NCBI GenBank assembly: GCA_051117555.1
Contig: JBNPEG010000233.1
Location: forward strand, 1-37,610
Source: Elainellaceae cyanobacterium
Lineage (GTDB): Bacteria > Cyanobacteriota > Cyanobacteriia > CAZCXK01
Reading direction: 5' to 3'
Length of the DNA stretch: 37,610 bases
Shown: piece after piece, positions 1 through 9,558 of the stretch
Layout of the letters: each line of letters starts with the position of its first letter
Position numbering within the stretch: position 1 is the first letter of the stretch
Notes under the pieces: model-generated
What the model was told of the DNA's origin: nothing
The model's database searches: none
The model's input: only the letters and a program-made list of their open reading frames with translations
Made by a program: the position numbers and the translations under genes

Positions 1-120
1 TGCTAGAAGCCGCTTTGGCAGATGTTTTAGTGACACTGTTGTTAGCCGATATCGAACGAAAACGTTCCTTGTTGCAACAGCAGGGAATTGAAGTTCAAAT
101 TACCAGGTGCAAGATATGAG
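1..120 (+). mobile_element. Insertion-sequence end (partial, contig edge) carrying the probable transposase C-terminus
   Basis: 1-120 is the exact reverse complement of 37490-37609. Frame 3..119 reads LEAALADVLVTLLLADIERKRSLLQQQGIEVQITRCKI* and stops 1 nt before the element end (...GGTGCAAGATATGAG). The other copy interrupts a gene. IS family not determined. Confidence 0.8.
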
Positions 121-170
121 TCTATTTGCTTCGAGTTTCATCTATCTTTAGGTTGACTTGTGGAATGCGT

Positions 171-178
171 GCGATCGC
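171..178. repeat. HIP1 octamer GCGATCGC (first example; many copies across the window)
   Basis: GCGATCGC recurs throughout coding and non-coding DNA (e.g. 171, 3154, in the RTX gene, in mnmE). It is a known cyanobacterial genome signature. Confidence 0.95.
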
Positions 179-237
179 CCGGTTCAAGGCTGATTAAATT
201 GGTTTTCTGACACTCATATCATTTGAATTTACGCCAT

Positions 238-1770
238 TTAATGCTTACGCCATTGTCGTCCATCTCGCGATAGTAGCTCATATGATTCGTTAGGCCCCCA
301 AGACCCTGCACCATAATTTGGAAAGTTACGAGGAGGTAATGCTTTCCAAACATCCAAAATAGGCTCAATGATTTGCCAACCAATTTCAATATTGTCTGCA
401 CGTTGAAACAACGACATATCGCCAATCATGCAGTCATATAGTAGAGTTTCATATCCTGTACTTGGAGCCTTGCCGAAGTAGTCAGCGTAACAAAAATCCA
501 TGTCAACCGTTCCTGTCTTGATGACAGGTCCCGGAACTTTAGCCCCAAACTGGAGACTAATGCCTTCATTCGGCTGAATGCGCATCACCAAGAAGTTGGG
601 CGTGAGTTCTTCGCACGAGGTATGACGAAATAAGAGGTGAGGAACCTGTCTAAACTGAATAGCAATTTCACTATATTTTTCTGGTAGTGCTTTCCCCGTT
701 CGGAGATAGAAGGGAACCCCAGCCCACCGCCAATTATCGATCGTGAGCTTCATGGCTACAAATGTTTCAGTATTTGAATCATCGTCAACTCCCGGCTCAT
801 CTCGGTATGCAGAAACAGGTTTGTCGTGAATGGAACCCGCGTCATATTGACCTCGCACTGCGCAATTGAGAACATTCTCAGGGAGAGGCGGCTGAATCGA
901 TCGCAGTAGCTTCGATTTTTCGTCGCGCATTTGATCTGCTTCAAATGAGAGGGGAGGCTCCATTGCCGTTAGAGACATAAGCTGAAAGAGATGGTTTGGC
1001 ACCATGTCTCGCAGGGCGCCCGTGTCGTCATAGAACCCTCCTCTAGTTTCAACTCCCACGCTTTCTGCCACCGTAATCTGGACGTGATCAATGTAGTGGT
1101 GATTCCAAACCGGCTCAAATAAGCCATTTCCAAATCGAAATACCAGGATATTCTGTACCGTTTCTTTACCCAGGTAATGATCAATTCGATAGATCTGGCT
1201 TTCAGCAAAGACTGAATGAATGTCTTTGTTGAGAGATTGCGCAGATTCAAAATCGTATCCGAAGGGTTTTTCGATGATGACTCGTCGCCAGTTGTGTTCT
1301 TCCTGTGTCAATCCTAACGAGCCAAGATGCTCGATAATGTCGCGAAAGAACCGAGGAGGTGTAGCTAAATAGTAGAGGTAGTTGCCCTGAGTCCCATATT
1401 TGTCATCCAACCCAGATAGCATATCTTGAAGCTGACTGTAAGCATCAGAATCTTGAAAATCAGCTTTTAAATAATACGTTCGCTGCTCTAGCCAATCCCA
1501 CAGTTCAGAATCGATTGAATTTTGGGAGAATTCGTGTATCTCGTCACGCATTCTTTGGCGAAATGAATCAGTATCTAGGTCGGTATGTGCAACACCGGCG
1601 ATCGCAAATTCTTTAGGCAGCAGACCATTAAGCCCCAGATTATATAATGCCGGAAATAGTTTTCGTTTAGTTAGGTCTCCTCCAGCACCAAAAATAACAA
1701 ATACACAAGGCTCCGGAGGCTGAGCTTGTTGATAGGTTGCTAGTGTTTCTTTGGCCTCTGTTTTTTCCAT
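238..1770 (-). CDS. zwf: Glucose-6-phosphate 1-dehydrogenase
   Basis: [20 protein letters not shown]-binding motif, IIEKPFG, catalytic [30 protein letters not shown] at 1770 is preferred over the TTG at 1818. Confidence 0.95.
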   Translation of the reverse strand: MEKTEAKETLATYQQAQPPEPCVFVIFGAGGDLTKRKLFPALYNLGLNGLLPKEFAIAGVAHTDLDTDSFRQRMRDEIHEFSQNSIDSELWDWLEQRTYYLKADFQDSDAYSQLQDMLSGLDDKYGTQGNYLYYLATPPRFFRDIIEHLGSLGLTQEEHNWRRVIIEKPFGYDFESAQSLNKDIHSVFAESQIYRIDHYLGKETVQNILVFRFGNGLFEPVWNHHYIDHVQITVAESVGVETRGGFYDDTGALRDMVPNHLFQLMSLTAMEPPLSFEADQMRDEKSKLLRSIQPPLPENVLNCAVRGQYDAGSIHDKPVSAYRDEPGVDDDSNTETFVAMKLTIDNWRWAGVPFYLRTGKALPEKYSEIAIQFRQVPHLLFRHTSCEELTPNFLVMRIQPNEGISLQFGAKVPGPVIKTGTVDMDFCYADYFGKAPSTGYETLLYDCMIGDMSLFQRADNIEIGWQIIEPILDVWKALPPRNFPNYGAGSWGPNESYELLSRDGRQWRKH

Positions 1771-1868
1771 GACGTAAGTATCCTTATCATCAGGTTGCAG
1801 TGTCTTTGGCGATCGCAACTCAGTTGATTTCGAGTTGCGTGGCTATTCGCCTCGACTCGAAAATTTAG

Positions 1869-1990
1869 TAAGTAGGTGGGACTAATTAAATATGAGACCT
1901 ATGTAGGTTGGGTTGAGGTACAAAACCCAACGCCCGCATGGGTTACGCTATCGCTAACCCATCCTACATTTGATTCCGCCCACCTACTTA
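1869..1990. repeat. Miniature inverted-repeat element containing an inverted pair of GTAG-type REP hairpins
   Basis: Terminal IR TAAGTAGGTGGG (1869-1880)/CCCACCTACTTA (1979-1990). Inner arms ATGTAGGTTGGGTT (1901-1914)/AACCCATCCTACAT (1956-1969), each with its own hairpin. Confidence 0.75.
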
Positions 1991-2098
1991 GCGCCCCTTA
2001 AACTATCTATCCAAATCTTTATCGACATCTAAGTTAACAAGGACATCAATCCTAATAAACCTAATAAATTGAGATCTGGCTCAATATATCCAATCTAT

Positions 2099-2190
2099 TA
2101 TAGCGATCCTAAATCGCTTGTAAATTGCGTGTGAGCGTTGGAGCGAGTGTCGCCCGCCCCAACGCTCACAACCCATCGGGGATTGCTATA
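2099..2190. mobile_element. MITE-like element, family 1 (TATAGCGATCC...GGATTGCTATA), copy A
   Basis: Imperfect terminal IR. Internal hairpin GTGAGCGTTGG...CCAACGCTCAC. Related copies at 21645 and 23890. Confidence 0.8.
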
Positions 2191-2464
2191 GTTAGTGTCT
2201 AAATTACCATGTCCAATTCAGATCAATCTGATTTTTTCCTGAGAATGTCAATCAAAAATTTCAATTTAAAGTCATTAAAAATGGATTCAAATTAAATACT
2301 AAAACACATCTTTCTGAAGACTGATTCGTCGTTTTATCATGTCTGCAAAAAGGATGAAACATTCATTATTTTAATCATTTTCTTTAATGACCTTATTGGC
2401 CATTGCATCTTGAGGAGGCAAGCTGATTGAATGTTTCACAGAGAACTCAGGGACAATTACAATC

Positions 2465-2700
2465 ATGGATCATTTAATCATTATTGGCGGTAGTGATGCT
2501 AGCATCAGTGCAGCATTCCGAGCCAAGGAAATTAATTCTAATGTCGCTGTAACGGTATTGCTCGCAGATAACTATCCCAACTACAGTATTTGCGGACTGC
2601 CCTTCTTCTTAAGCGGAGAGGTTTCAGACTGGCACGATCTTGCTCACCAAACCAAGACTGAGATTGAACGCTTAGGGATTCGAGTATTGACCAACTATTT
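2465..2700 (+). pseudogene. Truncated FAD-dependent oxidoreductase (CoA-disulfide reductase/NADH oxidase family), N-terminal ~78 aa only
   Basis: IIIGGSDASISAA Rossmann start and NYSICGLPFFLSGEV redox-Cys motif. Similarity ends near VLTN, whereas the family is normally ~450 aa. Confidence 0.8.
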
Positions 2701-2720
2701 CAAGGAATGCTTTATTTTCT

Positions 2721-4020
2721 TTAGCTTGTTATTTCGCCCATACTTTTTTCGCGATTTAAGGCTTGACTGGAGAGCTTATTAGTAGACCTTCGGCCAACCG
2801 TCCATAGAAATGCCGAAGGAACCAGAAAGAGCGCCAGTAGAGTAGCTCCTCCTATACCACCTGCGATCGCCACGGCTAAAGGCGGCCAAAATTTTCCACC
2901 TCCTAATAAAAGCGGCACAAAGCCAATCATCGTCGTAAACGTTGTGGTTAAAATATGACGAGTTTCACGCATGACGACTTGCCGTACTGCTCGTCGGTTA
3001 CCCATGCGAGCGTCTGGATTTTCTTTCAGTGCAGAAAGCACCACAATAGAGTCGTTGATTGCAACCCCGATCAGACCAACTGTGCCAATGATAGGATTAA
3101 AGCCAAACGGGTAATCAAATAGCCATACAGCCAATGGCCCCAAGCCAAAGGAGGCGATCGCCCGTTGGTTTGCTGTCTTTGGTCTACTACCTTATAAACC
3201 ATTCGGTGCATGATGACCGTAATGGCTGGAACTACGGTAAAGGCTAGAAATAGTGAGGATGAGATTGCCAAAATAACGTTGGTTCCGATCGCCCACACAA
3301 ATTCACCCACCGATCCCGGCAGTAGCGCAATGGGTGAGAATGCAAGGAGAGTCGTGATGGTCGAGCCAAGCAGCGGTATGGCTAGCCGACGTGTGCTCTG
3401 GTCGATGGCGGTCTGATGATTGAGTCCTTGCTGCAACCGATGTTTGATTTCATCCACCATGACAATGGCTGTATTAAGATGCCCAGCGCCACAATCAAGC
3501 CCGTAATCGAAATTTGATTGAGTGAAACGCCAACGATGCCCATCCAACCAAATACCATCAAAATTGATAGGGGTAATGGCGCGCCTACAATCAGAGCAGC
3601 CTGCCAGCCCATCAAAAATAGCGTAACCCCAAATACCAAGATCGCACCCAAGACCAAGTTGAACATCAACTCCCGCAGGCGATCGCTGACATACGTGGTT
3701 TGCTCTAAGACTGTCCGTATCCCGATCTCGCTCGGAAGTGTTTTTTGAAAATCATCCAAGACGCTCTGCACCTGACGATTCCATCGATCAATGCGGCGCT
3801 GAGATTCAACAAAAGCCGCAATCACGACGGCTGGACGACCGCTCACAATCGCAATATCCGAGGGAGACTGCCGAATGCCTTTGTCGATTTGAGCAATGTC
3901 ACTCAAAAATGCAAATTGCCCCGTCTCCCAAACCGAATCGGGATGCGCTGGATGCGACTGAGAGAATCTAGCTCACCCTCAACTTCAAGAGATAAATCAT
4001 TATCAGTTCCGCGGAGTTGC
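2721..4020 (-). pseudogene. Fragmented AcrB/AcrD/AcrF-family RND efflux transporter
   Basis: Out-of-frame pieces: QLRGTDNDLSLEVEGELDSL (~3910-4020), DIAQIDKG...ITGLIVALGIL (3382-3906), AIVMVDEI...GSTITTLLAFSPI (3071-3547), GVAINDSIV...RHILTTTFTTMIGFVPL (2721-3143). About 1.3 kb remains of a ~3 kb gene. Confidence 0.88.
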
Positions 4021-4112
4021 ATCTTCAACGATGCGAACGATGGGCTGCCCCGCATTCACAACGACGCCCTTATCGACAAGACGCCTAGACACGCGTCCGC
4101 TAAAGGAGCTTT
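4012..4112 (-). pseudogene. Remnant of RND periplasmic adaptor (MFP/AcrA-HlyD family)
   Basis: Minus strand reads KAP/FSGRVSRRLVDKGVVVNAGQPIVRIVEDATP (one frameshift), the lipoyl half-motif of membrane fusion proteins, fused directly to the RND remnant. Confidence 0.65.
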
Positions 4113-4121
4113 GAATTTGAG

Positions 4122-4763
4122 CTAAGTGCCGACTCGCTCTTGCAAATGATCAGGCATGTAAGCGCGATCGCCCAACCGTCGTAATAAGGGGCCATGCTCG
4201 TCAAACTGCACGATGCTTAAAGACCCTGCTGTGCAGTCAATGCGATCGCGATAGCGCCCCAAATCGATTCCTAAAAGCTGGCACAAGATAATCCGAATCG
4301 TGGTTTTGTGAGATATCACCAGCACCGGCCCATCACCGCAGGTATTCTCAATCTCTGTGATCACAGGCAATGCGCGATTCGCCACCCCTAAAGCCGTCTC
4401 CCCTCTGCCCGTTGGCGCATTCCAGGCAGGTTCTGTCATCCAGCGAATATAGTCATCTAAGTAATTCGACTTTACTGCATCTCGGGTCTTCTCTTCCCAG
4501 TCTCCAAAGCTCATCTCCCGGAGTCCCTCTCGAATCTGCATCTCTAACCCTGTCGCATTACATATCGGCGTCGCCGTCGCCATTGTGCGCTTCATTGGGC
4601 TGACAAAAATAGCCTGCCAGGGGATGCGAGCATAGGCGTGTGCAAACGCCTCTGCCATCTCGTTCCCCTGCTCTGTTAAATCCAAATCTAGTTCACCACA
4701 AAAGCCCCCACTCAAGCTGAATGAAGTCTCTCCATGACGCAAAAAATACACCTGTAGCCCCAT
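4122..4763 (-). CDS. Histidine phosphatase (phosphoglycerate mutase-like) family protein
   Basis: YFLRHGET motif, SPMKRT, LREMSFGDWE, VLVISH. Confidence 0.9.
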   Translation of the reverse strand: MGLQVYFLRHGETSFSLSGGFCGELDLDLTEQGNEMAEAFAHAYARIPWQAIFVSPMKRTMATATPICNATGLEMQIREGLREMSFGDWEEKTRDAVKSNYLDDYIRWMTEPAWNAPTGRGETALGVANRALPVITEIENTCGDGPVLVISHKTTIRIILCQLLGIDLGRYRDRIDCTAGSLSIVQFDEHGPLLRRLGDRAYMPDHLQERVGT

Positions 4764-4944
4764 TGCTCGTCAACTCCCAAAAGCCATCTTCTAAATTCTC
4801 CCAGGTCATTGCCTGAGAGAGGTCATTCGATAGATAGGTCACGTCGAGATGCAACCCAAGATTATCCCTTTCTATACGGCAACAGTAGCAATATCTTGGG
4901 AAAGTGAGATAAACTTTACCACTCACCCCCCAATTTCCCGATCC

Positions 4945-6054
4945 ATGTCCACCGTTATCTTTGATCGAGTCACCAAACACTTTGACGACGTTATCGCAGT
5001 CAATAACCTCAATCTCACCGTGGGCGATCGCGAATTTTTGGTCTTGGTTGGTCCTTCCGGCTGCGGTAAAACAACATCCTTACGCATGCTAGCGGGGCTT
5101 GAGGATATTACATCTGGGCATATTTGGATTGATGACCGTCGAGTGAATGATTTGCCTCCCAAAGATCGAGATTTGGCGATGGTGTTTCAGTCATACGCGC
5201 TTTATCCTCACATGTCAGTGTTCGATAACATGGCGTTTAGCCTCAATCTGCAAGGTCTGCCAAACGCAGACATTCGCCAGCGCGTGGATGATGCAGCTAA
5301 GCAAATGGGCATTAGAGACTTGCTGCATCGCAAGCCCAAAGAATTATCGGGAGGGCAGCGGCAACGAGTCGCTGTAGGGAGAGCGATTGTGCGTCATCCG
5401 GCGGTGTTTCTCATGGATGAACCGTTGTCTAACTTAGATGCAAAGCTGAGGGTGCAAGCCCGTGCTGAAATTAGTAAGCTGCATCAATCACTGGGCACCA
5501 CGTTTATCTATGTCACCCACGACCAAATTGAAGCAATGACGATGGGCACTAAAATTGCTGTCATGGATCAGGGCATATTGCAGCAGGTTGATACACCAGA
5601 AATAATCTACAATTCTCCAAACAATATCTTTGTAGCAGGGTTTATTGGCAGCCCTGCTATGAATTTTTTTGATGCTATCTTAGTGGATCAAGAGGGCGAC
5701 ATTTATATCTCAAATGATGCCTTTCAGCTCAAACTTCCGTCTCACAAGCGATCGCTCTACGCAGCCCATATTGGCAAACCGATTGTATTTGGCATTCGTC
5801 CAGAAGCAATCCACGATCCTGACTATGTGCCGCCTGGCGTTGATGCTGATGTCGTTAAAGTGACTGTCACCGTTACAGAAATGATGGGGAACGAAGTCAT
5901 TGCTTATTTTACGACCGCTGATCGGCACGAGTCTGTTGCCCGCGTCGATCGGCGATCGCAATTGAAGGTAGGTCAGGCTGTCTCGATGGTCTTTGACATG
6001 GAATCATTTCATCTGTTTGAGCCAACCACTCAGCAGCGCATCGCAGTTTCCTAG
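4945..6054 (+). CDS. Sugar ABC transporter ATP-binding protein (MalK/UgpC-like)
   Basis: Walker A GPSGCGKTT, LSGGQRQR signature, FLMDEPLSNLDAKLR, FIGSPAMN and a C-terminal OB/TOBE-type region. Start placed at ATG 4945 (MSTVIFDRV). Confidence 0.93.
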   Translation: MSTVIFDRVTKHFDDVIAVNNLNLTVGDREFLVLVGPSGCGKTTSLRMLAGLEDITSGHIWIDDRRVNDLPPKDRDLAMVFQSYALYPHMSVFDNMAFSLNLQGLPNADIRQRVDDAAKQMGIRDLLHRKPKELSGGQRQRVAVGRAIVRHPAVFLMDEPLSNLDAKLRVQARAEISKLHQSLGTTFIYVTHDQIEAMTMGTKIAVMDQGILQQVDTPEIIYNSPNNIFVAGFIGSPAMNFFDAILVDQEGDIYISNDAFQLKLPSHKRSLYAAHIGKPIVFGIRPEAIHDPDYVPPGVDADVVKVTVTVTEMMGNEVIAYFTTADRHESVARVDRRSQLKVGQAVSMVFDMESFHLFEPTTQQRIAVS

Positions 6055-6147
6055 TTTGGTCCGCACTAGAGCTTCGTCGAATGGGGTTATGATTGCTGAG
6101 AAAGCAAATAAACCGGCTAACTGTTTATCATTAGTCAATACAACCGC

Positions 6148-8019
6148 ATGCGAGTTAGACATCGTCCAAAATCATTGTCCCCTATTCAAGATGTGCCCAA
6201 ATCGCTGCAAATCGAGCCTGTGAAGTTGATTCGAGCTCACCGACCTACCTCTCATCCGAAGACTGAGACACCGGTGGTCCAGACTACTGATTCTCGCTCA
6301 ATCAGCCTGCGGGTGAAGCTCTTAATTGCTTTCAGTATGGTGTTTAGCGTTGTATTTGCGGGGGCATTTTATTGGTTTTATACCTTCACGACCGATAAAA
6401 CCATTTCTCGTCTACGCACTGATTTGCGATCAACCCTCAGCGGTGCAGTTGCCGGATTGGATGTTGACGAATTATTAGCACTGTATCAAAATGGGGAACC
6501 CAATGCCGCCGGGTTTTCAAACGATCCCCGCTACCTCAATCAACTGGAGTGGTTTGAGACAGTACAACGCATTGAACCTAGGGCATGGCTATATTCCTAT
6601 GTGGTTGATCAGCCCAGCAATAACCGCCGGATGGGAATCCCCGCCACCGAACCCGGAGAACTCGAAACGATTTATCTAGTTGATTTATGGGTCAACTACG
6701 ACCCCTCCAAAGCCGTGCGGTTCTTAGAACCGGATCAAACCAGTTCGCGATCGCGGCAAGTTCTAGAATCTGGTGAACTCATTGAAGAACCTCGAATCTA
6801 TAAAGATGATTGGGGCACATGGCTCTCCGCATTTGCGCCGCTCAAAAATGATCAGGGAGACGTCGTTGCGATTCTCGGCCTAGATATCGAAGCAGACTAC
6901 ATCTTTCAGCTTCAGCGCACGATTCGGAATCGGGTTTTTCTATCATTCATCATTACGTATGGCGTATTGTTTGCCTTGATTTATGTCCTATCGGGCATAC
7001 TCACCCGTCAATTATCAGAACTCACTCACTCAGCCAAACAAATCGCAGCCGGCAACTATGACCTCAATGTTTCGCTGACTCAGCGAGACGCTAATCCTCG
7101 ACCGGCATCAGACCGGCATGTGGTTAGGCATATGACTGATGCCGTGTCGTCTCGCTTTACCAATGTCCCGGATGAGCTCAACATGCTGTCTCAGGTGTTT
7201 GATGGGATGGTTGACAGTATTCGCACCCGTGAGCGACTGATTCGTGAGGGAAAGCAGGTCGAAGATGAAATTCGTCAGGCGCTTCAGGTTGAGCGAGAAC
7301 TCAATGAGCTCAAGTCTCGATTTGTATCAATGGTGTCCCATGAGTTTCGGACACCGTTGACAGTGCTCAGAACATCCATAGAACTGATCGAACACTATGG
7401 TCACATGACCACAGAAGAAAAACGGCGAGAGTATTTTCAGCGAATTCGAGTGGCGATCGCCAACATGACGCAACTGCTAGAAGATGTGTTGGTCGTTGGC
7501 AGAGCAGAAGCCGGGAAACTAGATTTTAAGCCTACAATCATTGACCTTCAGGATTTTTGCTGCGAAATCGTTGGCGAAATTCAGCTAAGCACCAACACCC
7601 AACGCGATATTCGCTTTAATAGCTCCGGGAATTGCAGCACGGTTTGTGCTGACAAAAATCTGCTGCGCCCCATCCTGACTAACTTACTATCTAACGCTGT
7701 TAAGTATTCGTCGCCTGAAGAACCTGTCGATTTAACCCTACGTTGCTATGGCAGTGACATCATCATTGAAGTGCGCGATCGCGGTATTGGCATTCCGTTA
7801 GATGACCAATCTCATTTGTTTGAGCTATTTCACCGAGCTAAAAATGCAGAAGAGATTCGAGGAACGGGGTTAGGACTGGCGATCGTTAAGCAGTGCGTTA
7901 CCCATCACCAAGGACAAATTACATTCACAAGCCAGCTTGGGCACGGCACTACGTTTGTCGTCACGCTACCCCGATATCCCCAATCCGATTTAAATTCTGA
8001 TTGCCCTAACGAAACGTGA
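6148..8019 (+). CDS. Membrane sensor histidine kinase (2 TM, periplasmic Cache-like sensor, HAMP, HisKA, HATPase)
   Basis: H-box VSHEFRTPL, N-box NLLSNAVKYS, G1 DRGIGIP, G2 GTGLGLAIV. Two hydrophobic helices flank a domain with YKDDWGTWLSAFAPL. The start may be a later GTG. Confidence 0.92.
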   Translation: MRVRHRPKSLSPIQDVPKSLQIEPVKLIRAHRPTSHPKTETPVVQTTDSRSISLRVKLLIAFSMVFSVVFAGAFYWFYTFTTDKTISRLRTDLRSTLSGAVAGLDVDELLALYQNGEPNAAGFSNDPRYLNQLEWFETVQRIEPRAWLYSYVVDQPSNNRRMGIPATEPGELETIYLVDLWVNYDPSKAVRFLEPDQTSSRSRQVLESGELIEEPRIYKDDWGTWLSAFAPLKNDQGDVVAILGLDIEADYIFQLQRTIRNRVFLSFIITYGVLFALIYVLSGILTRQLSELTHSAKQIAAGNYDLNVSLTQRDANPRPASDRHVVRHMTDAVSSRFTNVPDELNMLSQVFDGMVDSIRTRERLIREGKQVEDEIRQALQVERELNELKSRFVSMVSHEFRTPLTVLRTSIELIEHYGHMTTEEKRREYFQRIRVAIANMTQLLEDVLVVGRAEAGKLDFKPTIIDLQDFCCEIVGEIQLSTNTQRDIRFNSSGNCSTVCADKNLLRPILTNLLSNAVKYSSPEEPVDLTLRCYGSDIIIEVRDRGIGIPLDDQSHLFELFHRAKNAEEIRGTGLGLAIVKQCVTHHQGQITFTSQLGHGTTFVVTLPRYPQSDLNSDCPNET

Positions 8020-8127
8020 TATCAACAATTCCCTAATCGAGATTCCGGGTGAAACGCACCACAATGAGGGCGTCAATCGTCGAGATGCTCTGTTCCCCTA
8101 GTCGCCAGCTAATGCCTATTCTGACTA

Positions 8128-9099
8128 ATGTCTAGCCTGACTCAATTACTGAATGTAGGACTTGCCATCTTTCTCGGTTCGGTGGGAACTGTAGCACTGT
8201 TCTATAGCTTAAATGCCCTCGCAAACCTTCTACCACGCCCGTGGCAGCAGAGGGTGTTGCCCTGGGTGTTTGTGAGTCCGGCGTTGGGAGTGGTGGCAGC
8301 GTATTTAGTGGTGCCGACGCTCAATACAATTTACTTGAGCATCTTAGATGGGCGATCGCAGCAATTTGTGGGGCTTGAGAACTATTGGTTTGCGTTGACC
8401 GACCCGTCGATGCTAGAAGCGTTCCGTAACAACATTCTCTGGCTTGTGCTAGTAACAGGGGTGAGCGTTGGGCTAGGGCTAGTTCTTGCCGTACTCACGG
8501 ATCGGGTGCGATATGAGGCGATCGCCAAGTCCATCATTTTCTTGCCGATGGCAATCTCGTTCGTAGGAGCCAGCGTCATCTGGAAGTTTGTCTATGCGTA
8601 TCGTCCCGAGGGGTCAGCGCAAATTGGGCTGCTGAATGCGATCGTGACCCGCTTAGGATTTGAACCCGTAGGCTGGTTAGTAGAAACGTCGATCAATAAT
8701 TTTGCGCTGATCGCCATTATGATTTGGCTAGAAACCGGATTCTGTTTGGTGCTGTTATCGGCTGCTGTTAAGAGCATTCCGCCAGACATCCTCGAAGCAG
8801 CTCGTATGGATGGCGCAAATGAGGTACAGATTTTTTGGCGCATCACGATTCCGATGATTCGCTCAACGATTATGGTTGTAGCAACGACGATCGTGATTTT
8901 GGTGCTAAAGGTCTTTGATATCGTCTATGTGATGACGGGTGGCAACCAGGGAACCGAAGTAATCGCCAGTCGCATGATCAAAGAAATGTTCAACTTCCGC
9001 AACTACGGGCGGGGCAGTGCGATCGCCGTTCTTTTACTGATTGCTGTGATTCCGGTAATGGTAGCTAATATTCGTCGCTTTCGTAAGCACGAATCTTAA
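8128..9099 (+). CDS. Sugar ABC transporter permease (MalF/AglF/GgtC-like)
   Basis: EAA loop EAARMDGANEVQIFWRITIPMI, multiple TM helices, IFLPMAISFVGASVIWKFVY typical of alpha-glucoside permeases. Confidence 0.9.
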   Translation: MSSLTQLLNVGLAIFLGSVGTVALFYSLNALANLLPRPWQQRVLPWVFVSPALGVVAAYLVVPTLNTIYLSILDGRSQQFVGLENYWFALTDPSMLEAFRNNILWLVLVTGVSVGLGLVLAVLTDRVRYEAIAKSIIFLPMAISFVGASVIWKFVYAYRPEGSAQIGLLNAIVTRLGFEPVGWLVETSINNFALIAIMIWLETGFCLVLLSAAVKSIPPDILEAARMDGANEVQIFWRITIPMIRSTIMVVATTIVILVLKVFDIVYVMTGGNQGTEVIASRMIKEMFNFRNYGRGSAIAVLLLIAVIPVMVANIRRFRKHES

Positions 9100-9126
9100 T
9101 CAATGAATCGAGCGAATGAGCCCCGA

Positions 9127-9402
9127 TTAGCCCCCCGCCACCGCCGGGACAATGCTGACTTCATCGCCATCATTGAGCGACGTGTTTGCTCCATCTAAAA
9201 ACCGAATGTCTTCACTATTGACATAGAAGTTGACAAACCGACGAAGCTGTCCCTGATCGTCGCATAGCCGAGCTTTAATACCGGGGCAGCTTTGCTCTAA
9301 AGAGTCTAGAAGTTCGGTAATGGTGCCCCCATCACACTCAATCGTTGCCTGATCCTTTGTAAACTTTTGCAGAGGAGTTGGAATCAAAACTTTAACAGCC
9401 AT
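9127..9402 (-). CDS. MoaD/ThiS/CysO-family ubiquitin-like sulfur carrier protein (91 aa)
   Basis: [12 protein letters not shown]...[18 protein letters not shown]...[14 protein letters not shown] with free C-terminal GG. Start placed at ATG 9402. Confidence 0.92.
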   Translation of the reverse strand: MAVKVLIPTPLQKFTKDQATIECDGGTITELLDSLEQSCPGIKARLCDDQGQLRRFVNFYVNSEDIRFLDGANTSLNDGDEVSIVPAVAGG

Positions 9403-9558
9403 GATGAATCTATTTGAGGAATCAGAAATTGGACTAAATAAACTAGTAAATGCGGCCAACGAGAGGTTATCAGGAGAATCTTCCCACCTTAGAAAGGAAT
9501 CATTGAAAAGACGTGCTGACGATACCATCATCCACCCAAACCCGTTAGCCAGCAGACC

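Noticed and set aside
3745..4125. 126-aa + strand ORF
   Set aside because: Antisense to the RND/MFP remnants, which explain the sequence.
9403..9531. N-terminal extension of the MoaD-like ORF (134-aa version)
   Set aside because: The family fold starts at MAVKV (9402); the extension looks non-coding.
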